NCBI GenBank assembly: GCA_951406725.2
Contig: OX597831.1
Span: 42,904,001 to 42,968,000 of the forward strand
Source: Octopus vulgaris
Lineage: Eukaryota
Direction: 5' to 3'
Length of the DNA stretch: 64,000 nucleotides
Shown: positions 12,595 to 28,930 of the stretch, piece by piece
How the letters are laid out: each line of letters starts with the position of its first letter
Position numbering within the stretch: the stretch's first letter is position 1
The notes under the pieces: model-generated
What the model saw: only the letters and a program-made list of their open reading frames with translations
What the model was told of the DNA's origin: nothing
Database searches by the model: none
Translations under genes and position numbers: made by a program

Positions 12595-13440
12595 AAATCC
12601 TTAAATCTTTAAAAATGTTTCAGCCTGAAAGCTGCACCCATGCTGGGGCACCACCGTTGAATGTTTGAATGTGCTACACTAGTATGTGAAACCACCTCTG
12701 ATACGTGGTACTTGGTCAACATGGGAGTTCGATGCCGCTGCCCGCATCTATGTTTCCTGCTGAGAGGTAGGTTCATCTGGAACCCCTGACAAGAAGAGAT
12801 CCTGTTTAGTTTTAAAGAAACTCACATCCACACCATGCAGGTCTCTCAGGCAATTAGGAAGGATATTGAAGAGCTGTAGTCCCCTAAAACCCAAGCTGTT
12901 GCAGTATCTGGTCCTGTATTTTGATGGTGATGCTGGGATCTTTGGCACCATGCAGTGGCGCCCCGTTCTGCTGTTGGGGTAACTTTCAATGCCAAAATTC
13001 GGGACAAGACCCTCCAAGATTTTCCAGATGTATATCACTGCATATCTGTCCCACCTTCGCTCCAGGAAGAAGTGTTTATATACTTTCAGTCTTTCCCAGT
13101 AGCTGATATGCTGCATTGAGATGATCTTCTTAGTGTAGCTTCGTTGGGTTACTTCGAGTTCTGCTGTTAACTTTATATTATGTGGTGACCATAGTTGGGA
13201 GGAGTAGTCCAAGCAGCTGAGGACGAATGTCTTCCAAAGGACCATCAGTGTCTCCTTCTCTCTTGTTCTGAAAGTTTGGAGGATCCATCCAGCTAGCCGT
13301 CTGCATTCTATTACCAAATTGGCAATATGCACTTGGAAAGATGCATCATTGCTCATGTCAATGCCCAGGTCACACACTGATTTTGACTCAGGAATTTCAA
13401 TTCTTCCCGGGCCAGTGTATCTGGTCTGCATGTCGTTCAT
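12594..13440 (-). mobile_element. 5'-truncated CR1/L2-group LINE (RT C-terminal region and 3' tail)
   Basis: ORF 12748-13440: [36 protein letters not shown]; (TAAGGATTT)-like tandem tail at 12594-12612. Confidence 0.9.
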
Positions 13441-13486
13441 CTTTGTGTGTATATATATATATATTTACATATTTGCATACATTTTG

Positions 13487-13530
<44 letters not shown>

Positions 13531-13549
13531 CATATATACATATTTGCAT

Positions 13550-13588
<39 letters not shown>

Positions 13589-13900
13589 CATATATATTTA
13601 CATATATACATATTTGCATACATTTTATATATATAAATATATATATATATATATAATACATATATATATTTACATATATACATATTTGTATACATTTTAT
13701 AGATATAAAGATATATATATATATATACATATTTACATATTTGCATACATTATATATATTTCTTTCTTTCCTTTCCTGAGCGTCCAAAACACTATACTTG
13801 TTCCACGTCCTCGCGTTGTGTTTTCTCTTTGTTCATGTTTGGAGTAACTATATATACATATTTACATACATTATATATCTATATATTTACATCTCCCCCC

Positions 13901-13941
<41 letters not shown>

Positions 13942-14115
13942 CATATTTACATACATTATTTATATATATATATATATATTTACATACATTATATATATAA
14001 TAATAATGAGGCAGAATGCTAAACTGAAAGCAAATTTTAATATAAATGGGTGCAAAAAAGATTAAAAAAGGAAATCAAAAATATGGAACGCTTCACAAAT
14101 TTGCATGTCATCCTT

Positions 14116-14222
14116 GTACTCGCTACTGCGGTACATATTCTAAAATTGGAACAATACAGAGAAAATTAGCATGGCTCCTGCGTAAGGATGACATGCAAAT
14201 TCGTGAAGCATTCCATATTTTT
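14116..14222 (+). pseudogene. U6: Full-length (107 nt) diverged U6 snRNA copy inside a fold-back insert (13997-14303)
   Basis: gtactcgct..gcggtacatattctaaaattggaacaatACAGAGAaaattagcatggctcctgcgtaaggatgacatgcaaattcgtgaagcattccatattttt is colinear with metazoan U6. The upstream flank is an inverted copy of its own 3' end rather than a PSE/TATA promoter. Confidence 0.93.
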
Positions 14223-14369
14223 GATTTTTCTTTTTTAATCTTTCTTACACCCATTTACATTAAAATTTGCCTTCAGTTTAGCATTATGCCTTATTATTAT
14301 TATGTTTTCCTTTCCTATCATTTCTCCACATGCTCTTAACACAACCCCACCATTTACTGATCTATATAT

Positions 14370-14859
14370 ATATCCTTAAAATCCTTAAAAATGTTTTAGC
14401 CCGAAGGCCGCGGCCAAGCTGGGGCACCACCGCTGAATGAGCTACACTAATTTGTGAATCAACCTCTGATACGTGGCACTTGATCAACAAGGGAGTTCGT
14501 GCCCGCATCCGCGTCTCCTGTCGTGAGGTAGGTTCATCTGGGACTCCCGACAAGAAGAGATCCAGTTTAGTTTTAAGGAAACCCACATCCACACCATGTA
14601 AGTATCTCAGGCATTTAGGGAGGATGTTAAAGAGCTGTGGTCCTCTGAAACCCAAGCTGTTGCAATATCTGGACCTGTATTTTGATGGTGATGTTGGAAT
14701 CCTTGGCACCATGCAGTGGCACCCTGTTCTGCGGTTGGGGTAACTTTGAATGCCAAAGTTTGGGACAAGACCCTCCAGGATTTTCCAGATGTATATCACC
14801 GCATATCTCTCCCGCCTCCACTCTAGGGAGAAGAGGTTTAATACCTTCAGTCTTTCCCA

Positions 14860-14861
<2 letters not shown>
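14370..14861 (-). mobile_element. Second 5'-truncated CR1/L2-group LINE 3' end, same family as 12594-13440
   Basis: ORF 14362-14799 [33 protein letters not shown]; same tandem tail. Confidence 0.9.
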
Positions 14862-14890
<29 letters not shown>

Positions 14891-15074
14891 CATATTTACA
14901 TACATTATATATATACATATGTACATACGTTATATATATACATATGTACATATATATATATATACATATGTACATACATATATATATATACTTATGTACA
15001 TACATATATATATATACTTATGTACATACATATATATATATACATATGTACATACATATATATATATACATATG

Positions 15075-15106
<32 letters not shown>

Positions 15107-15322
15107 AATATGTACATACATATATATATATACATATGTACATACATATATACATATTTGCATACATTATATATATTTCTTTCTTTCCTTTCCTGAGCGT
15201 CCAAAACACTATACTTGTTCCACGTCCTTGTGTTGTGTTTTCTCTTTGTTCATGTTTGGAGTAACTATATATACATATTTACATACATTATATATCTATA
15301 TATTTACATCTCCCTCTCTCTA

Positions 15323-19464
<4,142 letters not shown>

Positions 19465-19843
19465 TAAAATTAATAATAATGAGGCAGAATGAGGCATATG
19501 TATATATATATATATAATGAGGCATATGTATATATATATACATATGTACATATATATACATATATTCATATTTACATACATATACATCTATATATATATA
19601 TTCATATTTACATACATATACATCTTTATGTATATATATATATATATATATACATACACATAAGAGGTGCTTCTTTCAGTTTCCGTCTACCAAATCCACT
19701 CACAAGGCTTTGGTTGGCCCAAGTCTATAGTAGAAGGCACTTGTCCAAGGTGCCACACAATGTGAATGAACCTGGAAGCATGTGGTTGGTAAGCAAGCTA
19801 CTTACCACACAGCCACTCCTGCATCTATCTATCTATCTATCTA

Positions 19844-19893
<50 letters not shown>

Positions 19894-19895
<2 letters not shown>

Positions 19896-21035
19896 AGGGT
19901 TGGACAAAATAATAGAAACACCTTAAAATTTCAAACAAATAAATTTTAATATGGGGTAGGACCACTTTTGGTAGTAATTACAGCTTGAATTCTACAAGGT
20001 ATGGACTCATACAAAGTTTGAATTGTTTCCAAAGGAATTTTTGTCCATTCTTCAGTTAAAACAGTCTCCGGTTCTTGTGGTGATGATGCTGAAGGATATC
20101 TACTCCTTACTCGTTTTTCTTAAATGCACCATAAATGTTCAATAATATTAAGATCTGGGGACTGTGGTGGCCAGATAAGATGTTCAATTTTACTAGAATG
20201 TTCCTTGTACCATTCAGTAACAACTTTAGCTGTGTGAATTGGTGCATTATCATTCTGAAAGATTGCGTTTCCCTCCAGAAACAGTTCCGAAAACATAGGA
20301 TGAATTTGCTTAAATAGTCTTGACTATTAATTCTGCTATGAAGGGAAACCATTGGGCCTGTGGGTTTCCAAGATATAGCTCCACCAAATCATCACAGATT
20401 CTCCTCCATGTTTAACAGTTGGAAGAAGGCAGTCTGAGTCAAATGCTTCTTTTGGTTGCCTCTACATGTATACTCGGCTGGTGGCCAGAAATAAGGTAAA
20501 GGACGACTCGTCCAGGAAGGTAACATTTTTCCACTACTCTAGGGACCAATTTTGTAGGTTTTTACTCCACTTTAAATGCTTTGCAAAGTTTGTTTTTGAA
20601 AGTAGTGGCTTTTTTCTGATTTTGTGATCCTTTCTAATAATTTGTGTGGACCCTATCTGAAAGTTTTGGTTTTCTTCTAGAGTTTTGTTTCAATGAGGAG
20701 GTTTTCCCCTCTTTCTCAAAGGCTGTCATTACTTTCGAGAAAGTACTTCTTGATATACCAAACATTTCAGCTGTTTCTGTTATGCTAGCGCCTGCTATTC
20801 GAGCACCAACAATTTGACCTTTTTGAAAGTCCGATAGATCTCTCATTTTAATGAATTTTAATTAACTTTTTCAGATGATATCTGAAAAGAAACAGCAATT
20901 TTTGCAAAACATATTAAACAACACCAATAATAAATAAAAAAACATAAAAATAAACAAGCTTTTGACGGTTTTATAAATATTTCAAAATTATGATGCTATG
21001 ATGTTAGATGTTCCCATTATTTTGTCCAACACCTG
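19894..21035 (-). mobile_element. Tc1-like DNA transposon, degenerate
   Basis: TIRs caagggttggacaaaataatagaaaca / tgttcccattattttgtccaacacctg. N-terminal MRDLSDFQKGQIVGARIAGAS..AEMFGISRSTFSKV; catalytic remnants FQNDNAPIH and [15 protein letters not shown] across frameshifts. Confidence 0.92.
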
Positions 21036-21039
21036 TATA

Positions 21040-21455
21040 TACATATATACATACATATATACATATTTACATATACATACATATATATACATATATACAC
21101 ATACATATACATACATATATACATATATACGCATACATATACATACATATATATACATATATATACACATACATATACATATATATACACATACATATAC
21201 ATACATATATATATATACATATATCTACATACTTATACATACATATATATATACATACATATATCTACATACATATACATACATATATATACATATATCT
21301 ACATACATATATATACATATATCTACATACATATATATACATATATCTACATACATATATATACATATATCTACATACATATATATACATATATCTACAT
21401 ACATATATATACATATATCTACATACATATATATACATATATCTACATACATATA
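21040..21455. repeat. TA/CA-derived minisatellite (22-bp unit catatatctacatacatatata)
   Basis: Regular tandem units at 21290-21450. Confidence 0.85.
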
Positions 21456-21669
21456 TGTATTTGACCCTCACTTGCCACACACACGCACACACATCCTTTC
21501 CTACTGTATATAGGAGAGAAAAAAAATAGGATGTGAAGTGCTAAATTGTATGAGCACAAAAGGAGTACAAATGAGCTGAGAGAGAAAGATGGGTATAAAA
21601 AGACTTGGGTGTAGTGAGAAAAGAGAGAAGACTGCACCGGTATGTGATGCATATAGAGGATGCATGAGA

Positions 21670-21860
21670 TGTACAAGGAAATGTAAGCAGATTGTATGAT
21701 GCCTGTGTGTGAACAGCCATGCTTACACAGCAGTGAAACATGGGCTGTGGCTGCTGAGGACATGTGTAGGTTCGAAAGAAATTAAGCTAGCATGCTTTGC
21801 TAGATGTGCAATATAAGTGTACAACAGAGTGTAAATGTACGTTTGGGTGAAAGTCTTCTG
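21670..21860 (+). pseudogene. RTE-clade LINE RT C-terminal remnant
   Basis: Manual translation RLYDACV*TAML(H)SSETWAVAAEDMCRFERN*ASMLC*MCNISV matches the KGRLYxACVRxxMLxGSETW motif. Confidence 0.7.
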
Positions 21861-22329
21861 TCAAGTATACATCTACTGCTTCTTCTGCACCCTTGATTTC
21901 TATTCATGTCCCCATTTTCTTAGCACTCCACACTCGTCTCTTCATCAGTCATCTCACCACCACTCCTTATCCATCACTTTTGCCACCTGTTTCATGAGGA
22001 ATTACCTGCAATCAGATGTCTTCAAACATTTTCTCATCACTCTGCCTTTCTTGCACTGGGCCTGTTTGTACTCAAAATACTTTATCTTTAGTCACTTTTA
22101 TATATTGCCAGTCAGCACTCACCCTCCCCAGAGCCACTCCTTATTGTCATCCATCACTTACTCTTAGCATTGTTCACTTCTATCATCTATTACCATTTCT
22201 TCATCTCTTTACCCTGATCACACTATTTCTACAAATATAATTCTGTCTCTACCATATTATGGAATACTAGGCAACTCCTATTGCACTACATGTCACAATA
22301 AATAGTCCTCAGTCCAATTATAAGATGGT

Positions 22330-23420
22330 TGGCAATAGATGCAGAAAGCATAGGGTCAAGAGGTTTCTCTAATCCTGTCTTGTTGAGGACATGAACTTCT
22401 CTAGTGTTGGTGGAACAATGAAAAATATACCTAGTACATTTTGTAAAATGGTTGGTGATAGAAACCAAACCAAAAATGAAATGAGCAAGGCATGGTTTTC
22501 CAACCCATTTCTTTCCAACCCAACAAGAACTGATTTCAACCACATTGATCCAGCCAGCCGATGCAAGCCTGGAAAGCACATATATCACTGCATTGCCCCT
22601 GGGGTTTTCTATAGCTTTCAATCCTGTAAACAGCCTTAGATGGTTGTGCTTTGTTGGCCATGCTCTGCAAAGCTTCTGCCTGCCTGCATCACCATAGTTG
22701 TTCTTCATTAATTTCACCATTCCTGATGCAGAGGTTCTTATTTCTTTATTGCCCACAAGGGGTGAGACAGATAAGGATAGACAAACGGATTAAGTTGATT
22801 ATATCGATCCCAATGCGTAACTGGTACTTATTTAATTGACCCCGAAAGGACGAAAGGCAAAGTTGACCTCGGCAGAATTTGAACTCAGAACGTAGCAGCA
22901 GACAAAATACCTATTTCTTTATTACCCACAAGGGGCTAAACATAGAGGGGACAAACAAGGACAGAACGTAGTAGCAGACGAAATACCGCTGAGCATTCCG
23001 CCTGGCATGCTAACGTTTCTGCCAGCTCGCCTGATGCAGAGGTTCTATGCCATGCTGATGCAGTTAGTGTGTAGGTGCACATTATCTCATAGCAGCTGCA
23101 CTGGACAGGACATGCTTGCAGGATGGAGGATGACAGGCTCCCAAAGGCAGTTTTTTTATTTCCTAAGCTGCATCAAGGAAGGTAGAAGGATGTGTTGAAG
23201 AGACATATGAAAATCTTCAGCATCTCCCCAGACACCAGGGAGGAGAAGGCCCTGCAGTGTGATGAATGGCACCAATTGCTGAAACTGGTAATTCCAGCCA
23301 TAGAGGAGAAATAACAGAGAGAATACAAAAGAGCACGTGAGAAGCATCACTTCTCAGTTGCATTTGGTAGCTTCATCTGCAGCAGATCAAGAGCTGACCA
23401 TTTGCCCATATGCAAGCTTG
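22330..23420 (+). pseudogene. RTE/BovB-like LINE C-terminal remnant interrupted by a SINE
   Basis: AEVLCHAD..QLHWTGHACRMEDDRLPKAVF..LHQGR..LKRHMK at 23035-23210; 5' boundary is approximate. Confidence 0.65.
22739..23030 (-). mobile_element. Family A SINE with TSD, containing a nested SINE 3' fragment
   Basis: TSD cctgatgcagaggttct at 22722-22738 and 23030-23046; internal duplication cagaacgtag(c/t)agcagac(a/g)aaatacc flanks a second tail fragment. Confidence 0.85.
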
Positions 23421-23703
23421 CCAAGGACGATTAATATCAACATATGATGGACATTTAAAGAAGAAGCTGTGTATATAATTCAGTATATAATGCATGCAGT
23501 GTATACAATTCACAAAGTAGCATGTTTAATTTGTTAAGTCAGGTACATGATTTAGTAAGAAAGTTAATATTATTTGGTCACTGAATGCAATTTATTGAGA
23601 AAGAAGACAGAAAATACAAAAGCAAAAAAAAAAAAAATTGAAGTAAAGAAAAGAAACAAGTTACACATGAATGAATATTGGGGTATTGAATCATACAGGA
23701 ATA

Positions 23704-23737
<34 letters not shown>

Positions 23738-23755
23738 CTTTCAATAATAATGATG

Positions 23756-23797
<42 letters not shown>

Positions 23798-24507
23798 GTA
23801 ATAATAATAATAATCATCGTCTTACCCCTTGAATGTCACTAGAAACAGTAGAAGACCTACAATGGCTTATGCCTTCAAATTTCTTCCTATGATTATTAGA
23901 CTGCCAGTTATTATCTACGTTGTTGTTGGTGTCAACCTTGTTTTTTTAAAATCAAGATCAGCTCTGATCAGACAAACAGACAGAGAGACTGACAGACAGA
24001 TAAACAGAGGGACAGACAGACCTATGATTGCAAAAGTGTTTCAGCTGGTAACAAATCTGTTCTTTATTTTCCTGGAAACAGCCAATGCCATCATTACCTA
24101 GCATATCATGTCCCTTGGAGTATGATTGTGATATGAGAAGCAGGTGGGAAGTAAATTTGGCTTCTATTTCTAGCAGGTCAGGAACAACTTGTCATTAAAT
24201 CAAGTGGCTCTAAAATCAATCTTCAGAAGTTGTGCTTTTTCCAAGATATAGTGAAATTTAAATAATAATAATAATCTAACATCAGTGACTAGTTCTGGGA
24301 AAATTATGCTCACTCATTCTATGAAATCAGTTTACAATTTACATAACATATTTACGAACTATTGCTTAGTGAACCAAGAAGGCCTTGATAGCGGCTTGCT
24401 TAGTGATTGGGTCTTAACTTGGTCTTAGTACAACATGTGATTCCCAAAAATACCCCCACCACACACACACACACACACAACATGAGTCAGTGGAGAAGCT
24501 TCTATAT

Positions 24508-25231
24508 CAGTGTTTTTCAACTATTTTTTAAACCTATGGACCCTTTTGATTTCTATTTTACTCAGAGGGACCCTTGTAGACATTCAAGGTTTAAAAACTT
24601 ATACATTTTTATAATTAAATATTATTAGTTCACATGCTGCTGGGGTCAACTTTGCCTTTCATCCTTTTGGGGTCGATGAAATAAGTACCAGTTGAGTACT
24701 GGGGTCGATGTAATCAACTTATCCCCTCCCCAAAATTTCAGGCCTTGTGCCTATAGTAGAGAGGATTATTTATTTATTTTATTTATGCGCCCTTTTCAAG
24801 CCTAGCTAGGCTCATGGGCCTGGTTTCTGTGGCGTATGTGTTCCCCCCAGCTGGACAGGATGTCAGTCCATCACAGCATTACCCAAGAAACAGGAAGAAA
24901 GAGTGAGAGAAAGTTGGGGCAAAAGTGTACAACAGGGGTCGCCACCACCCCCTGCCGGAGCCTCGTGGAGCTTTGGGTGTTTTCGTTCAATAAACACACA
25001 CAATGCCCAGTCTGGGGATCAAAACCATGATCCTCCAACTGCAAGTCCACTGCCATAACCACTGGGACATTGCGCCTCCACTGAAAGGATTATTAGGAAT
25101 TGTTAAAAAAAAAAAATTAGAACTATTCTGTGTATCATAGAAGTATAACCAATTTACTGCAGATAAATTTTTAACAACAAAACCTTATATGAACCCTTAA
25201 GGGCCATACAGACTCTGTTTGAGAACCACTG
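24508..25231. mobile_element. hAT/Charlie-like MITE with nested SINEs
   Basis: TIR cagtgtttttcaa / ttgagaaccactg; 8-bp TSD-like ttctatat/atctacat; SINEs at ~24630-24772 and ~24790-25082 inside. Confidence 0.7.
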
Positions 25232-25581
25232 ATCTACATAGTCTCTCAACCTGCCAAAACCAGCTGCTATATTCTGATTTAAGAATGGGTACCATGTCTC
25301 CTATGTGTCATAACAGGCAACTAAGAAAGGGTTGGTGATAGGAATGGCATCCAACAGTAAAGCATTACTTCAAAAAATCCATTCAAACAAATGCCAGCAT
25401 GGTGATGACACCCTTCAAATAACGTATACAAAATTTATTAGAAAAGGAAGGACACATTGAATAATGTAGTAATTCAAAGGCTATGCTGTTGGGCCCTACT
25501 GCTGATATTGGGGGTTGTGTTCTCGGTCTTGACCCGAGCATAGGACGGGGCTTGCCTCTTTGACAACAAAGCATAATGGTC

Positions 25582-27056
25582 TAACCCTTTAGCATTTAAA
25601 CTGGCCAGCCAAATGGAGATGTATGGCTTAGTAGTTAAGGTGCTGTACTCATGATCATACAGGAATAAATAAAAATAATAATAACAATAATGCTTTCAAT
25701 AATAATAATCATCTTACCCCTCGAATGTCACTAGAAACAGTAGAAGACCTACAACCTTCAAATTTCTTCCTATGATTATTAGACTGCCAGTTATTACTTA
25801 TGTTGTTGTTGTTGTTGTCAACCTTGTTTTTTTTAATCCAGATCAGCTCTGATCAGACAAACAGACAGAGAGACTGACAGTCAGATAAACAGAGAGACAG
25901 ACAGACCTATGATTACAAAAGTGTTTCAGCTGGTAACAAATCTGTTCTATATTTTCCTGGAAATAGTCAATGCCATTATTACCTAACATGTCCCTTGGAG
26001 ATTGATTGTGGTTTCGATTCCTGGACTGGGTGATGTGTTGTGTTCTTGAGCAAAACACTTCATTTCACAATGCTCCAATCTATTCAGCAAGTAAAAATTA
26101 GTAATCCTGTGATGGAGTGGTGTCTCATCCGGGGAGAAATATGTATGCTAAAAAAAGGTTACCTTCTCGAGTCATGCTAACCGACAATGGTTGGCTTCTT
26201 AGTTTCAAAGGTATATAAGTTCCCTACCTGCATGGGATGCCGGTCCATTGCAGGATTACTCATTTTTGTCAGTTGAGTGGACTGGAGCAACATAAGATGA
26301 AGTACATTATTTATATTCGACAGATATTTGTCCTCATCTTGTTTGTTGTTAACACATTTCGGCTGATGTACCTTCCAGCTTCTTCAGGTGTCTTGGGGAA
26401 ATTTCAAACCTGGGTTCTCATTCCTAAGGTATTTTTCGATGTTATTATTATTACTATTGTTCAGATCACTGCTTGGAATCGAACTTGGAATCTTGGAGTT
26501 AGTAGCCTGTGCTCTTAACCACTACACCATACGCCCGTGGGCAAATGAAGAAGGCTGAAGAAGGCTGGAGGGTATATCAGCTGAAACATTGTGTTAACAA
26601 CAAACAAGATGAGGACAAATATCCGTCAAATGTAAATAATGTAAATAATGTACATAATTCCTCATCTCTTAAATATAGAATTGTATTATAAAATGAAGTG
26701 TTTTGCTCAAGAACACAACATGTCACCCGAATTGAAACCCCTATCTTATGATCATGAGTCCAACACCCTAACCACTAAGTCATGCAACTCCGCTATATAT
26801 GTTAGAGAAACCGGTAAACTGGTCCTATGCTTCTTATGGAGTAATGTGGACTAACCATATCTAGCTAAAATATTCTCCCTTTTTGTCATATTCAAAGTGG
26901 CCAGTTCTGGTCTCTTACACCAACCCTATAATAACATTTTTAAAATAGTTGCCCCATCAAAATCTCAAAGCTATATGATGCATAATTAATTTCAAAACAA
27001 TGTGAATAAATAAGCATTACTTTTGACAGAGTAAGGAGAATGATAATGGGCTTGAT
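25582..27056. mobile_element. piggyBac-type MITE split by nested insertions
   Basis: Left end taacccttttagcatt, degenerate right end aatgataatgggcttga; body resumes at ~26855 after nested SINEs. Confidence 0.45.
26303..26687 (-). mobile_element. tRNA-headed SINE ending in a minimal type I hammerhead, with an inverted partial 3' copy
   Basis: Minus strand 26537 to 26303: A-box TGGTGTAGTGG, B-box GTTCGATTCC, (AAT)n linker, gacac-CTGAAGA-agctg..cagcc-GAAA..gtgtt. Plus strand 26555-26640 is a second hammerhead and tail copy. TSD-like ataa(g/a)atgaagt on both sides. Confidence 0.8.
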
Positions 27057-27329
27057 AATGTCTATATGAAAGGGAATTGCCAAAATGAAATGAGAATCCA
27101 GTGGGAATTGAACCATTGTCTCTGCATAAATATTACTGTTATCATCATCATTTAACCTTCATGTTCCATGCTGGGATGGGTTTGGACGATTTGACAGGAT
27201 CCAATGGGCCTAAGGGCTACATCATGTTCCAATGTCTTCTTTGGCATAATTTCTACAACTAGATACCTTTCCTTGATAAGTTCTAGGGCGACAATCTCTT
27301 TCTGCCACCCAAAAACTTATCAAGTGTGG

Positions 27330-27695
27330 CATTATTTGAACTGTGACTTATTTGATCAAGAACAATGGTCATTGACCCACCTGCCTTTGGCACAAAGTTG
27401 ATGCTGTACTGTTCTGGCCATGACAAGTGTGAAGCTGGGGTTGGCTTCATGCTTGATGAAGGGGCTTTGCACAGTATCCTCACATTTCAACCAGCGTCTG
27501 ATAGCCTAGCAGTCCTCACTATCAACATAATGATCAAAATGCACATCATCTCTGCCTACATGCTGAGTGAGGCCAGCTCAGTCCTCACTAAGGATGATTT
27601 CTACAATTAGCTGCAACATGTACTGGGCTTGATCCCCAAAATGGAAATGACCATCCTCACTGGTAACCTCAATGCCCATGCTAGCTCAGACAGAT
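27330..27695 (+). pseudogene. RTE-clade apurinic endonuclease remnant
   Basis: LYCSG..EAGVGFML..IISAY..KDDFYN*LQHVL..IPK..ILTGNLNAH. Confidence 0.8.
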
Positions 27696-28930
27696 AAAGA
27701 AGATGCCCTTCCTAATGCTAACCGCTTTACAGCATGTACTGGATTCATTTCTGGTGTAACCAGAACTAGTGAGGTTTCCATGCAGTTTGCAAGATCACAT
27801 GACCCAAGAGGAGTGTCTTTATGCAAGCAGGTGAGAGCTAAGGTATGAGAAAAGGGAATAGGGAGAAAGGAGGAGCATGGAGGATTACTAATTTTCTAAA
27901 ATGAATCAAGGAAGTAAAAGTTTGAGAAGTGTGGATGTATAGGTTCTCTCATTTGCTTGTATGAAAGATTGTTCAACTGAAATCCACAGAAAACTTCAAT
28001 CAACATATAGACTACCATGTGAACACCCAATCTTGCAAATAACAACCAAATCACCTTCCACCGTCTTAGAAAAGAAAAAGCCTACATTTCACATACAAAA
28101 AAAAAAATCAAACCCCAAAATAGAGAATATAGGTACAGGTGTGGCGATGTGGTGAGAAGTTTTACATCCTTACCACATGGTTCCAGGTTCAATCTCACTG
28201 CGTGGTAACTTGTGCAAGTATCTTCTACTATAGCTTGTTGTGTGTGTGTGTGTATCTTTGTTTTTGGCGCCCCCCCCCCACAACCACTTAACTATTGTTG
28301 GTATATTTACATCCCCGTAACTTAGAGGTTCTGCAAAAAGAGACCAATAGAATATGTACCAGGCTTAGAAAATCGATAAGTTCTAGGCTGGGTCTGTTTG
28401 GCTATAAACCCTTCAAGGCAGTGCTCTGGCATGGCTGCAGTCTAATGACTGAAACAAGAAACAGTTAAATATGGGCAAGCTTGGAATTCCTTTACTTATT
28501 GATCTGCTCAATTAGCATTGATTTGGGAGTAAACAACAACAAGCGAAACCATACTTTTCTTATAACATGTATTCTTCATTCTATCATAGATTAGTCACTA
28601 CAACTAAATTTAAATTTAGAACTTAAATACATTTTATTGTTTATTCCCTTTGTATGACTAAATCTCTTTAACCTGTCATTGAACCATAAAATCAATTTCA
28701 CACCCTATTTCTCAAACCAAACTAAGCAAGTGTAAACAAAAACAATTTCTACAGGGTCACTATATCACACGCAACTGTTTTAAAAGAAAGAACACATTAG
28801 ATGATGTAATAGAGGATACACTGCCTGCAAAAACAAAAATGTATTTTGCTGACTGGCAGCCTTCTACTTTCTCTATCCAAAAGGAATTTTCAACCCAATA
28901 TTTACATGTTATTTATGACCCTATGTCTGT

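Noticed and set aside
14116-14222. Functional U6 gene
   Set aside because: Multiple substitutions, and the upstream promoter region is replaced by an inverted copy of its own 3' end.
14046-14339. 97-aa ORF MGAKKIKKGNQKYG..
   Set aside because: Incidental frame across the U6 fold-back; the sequence is explained by U6 snRNA homology.
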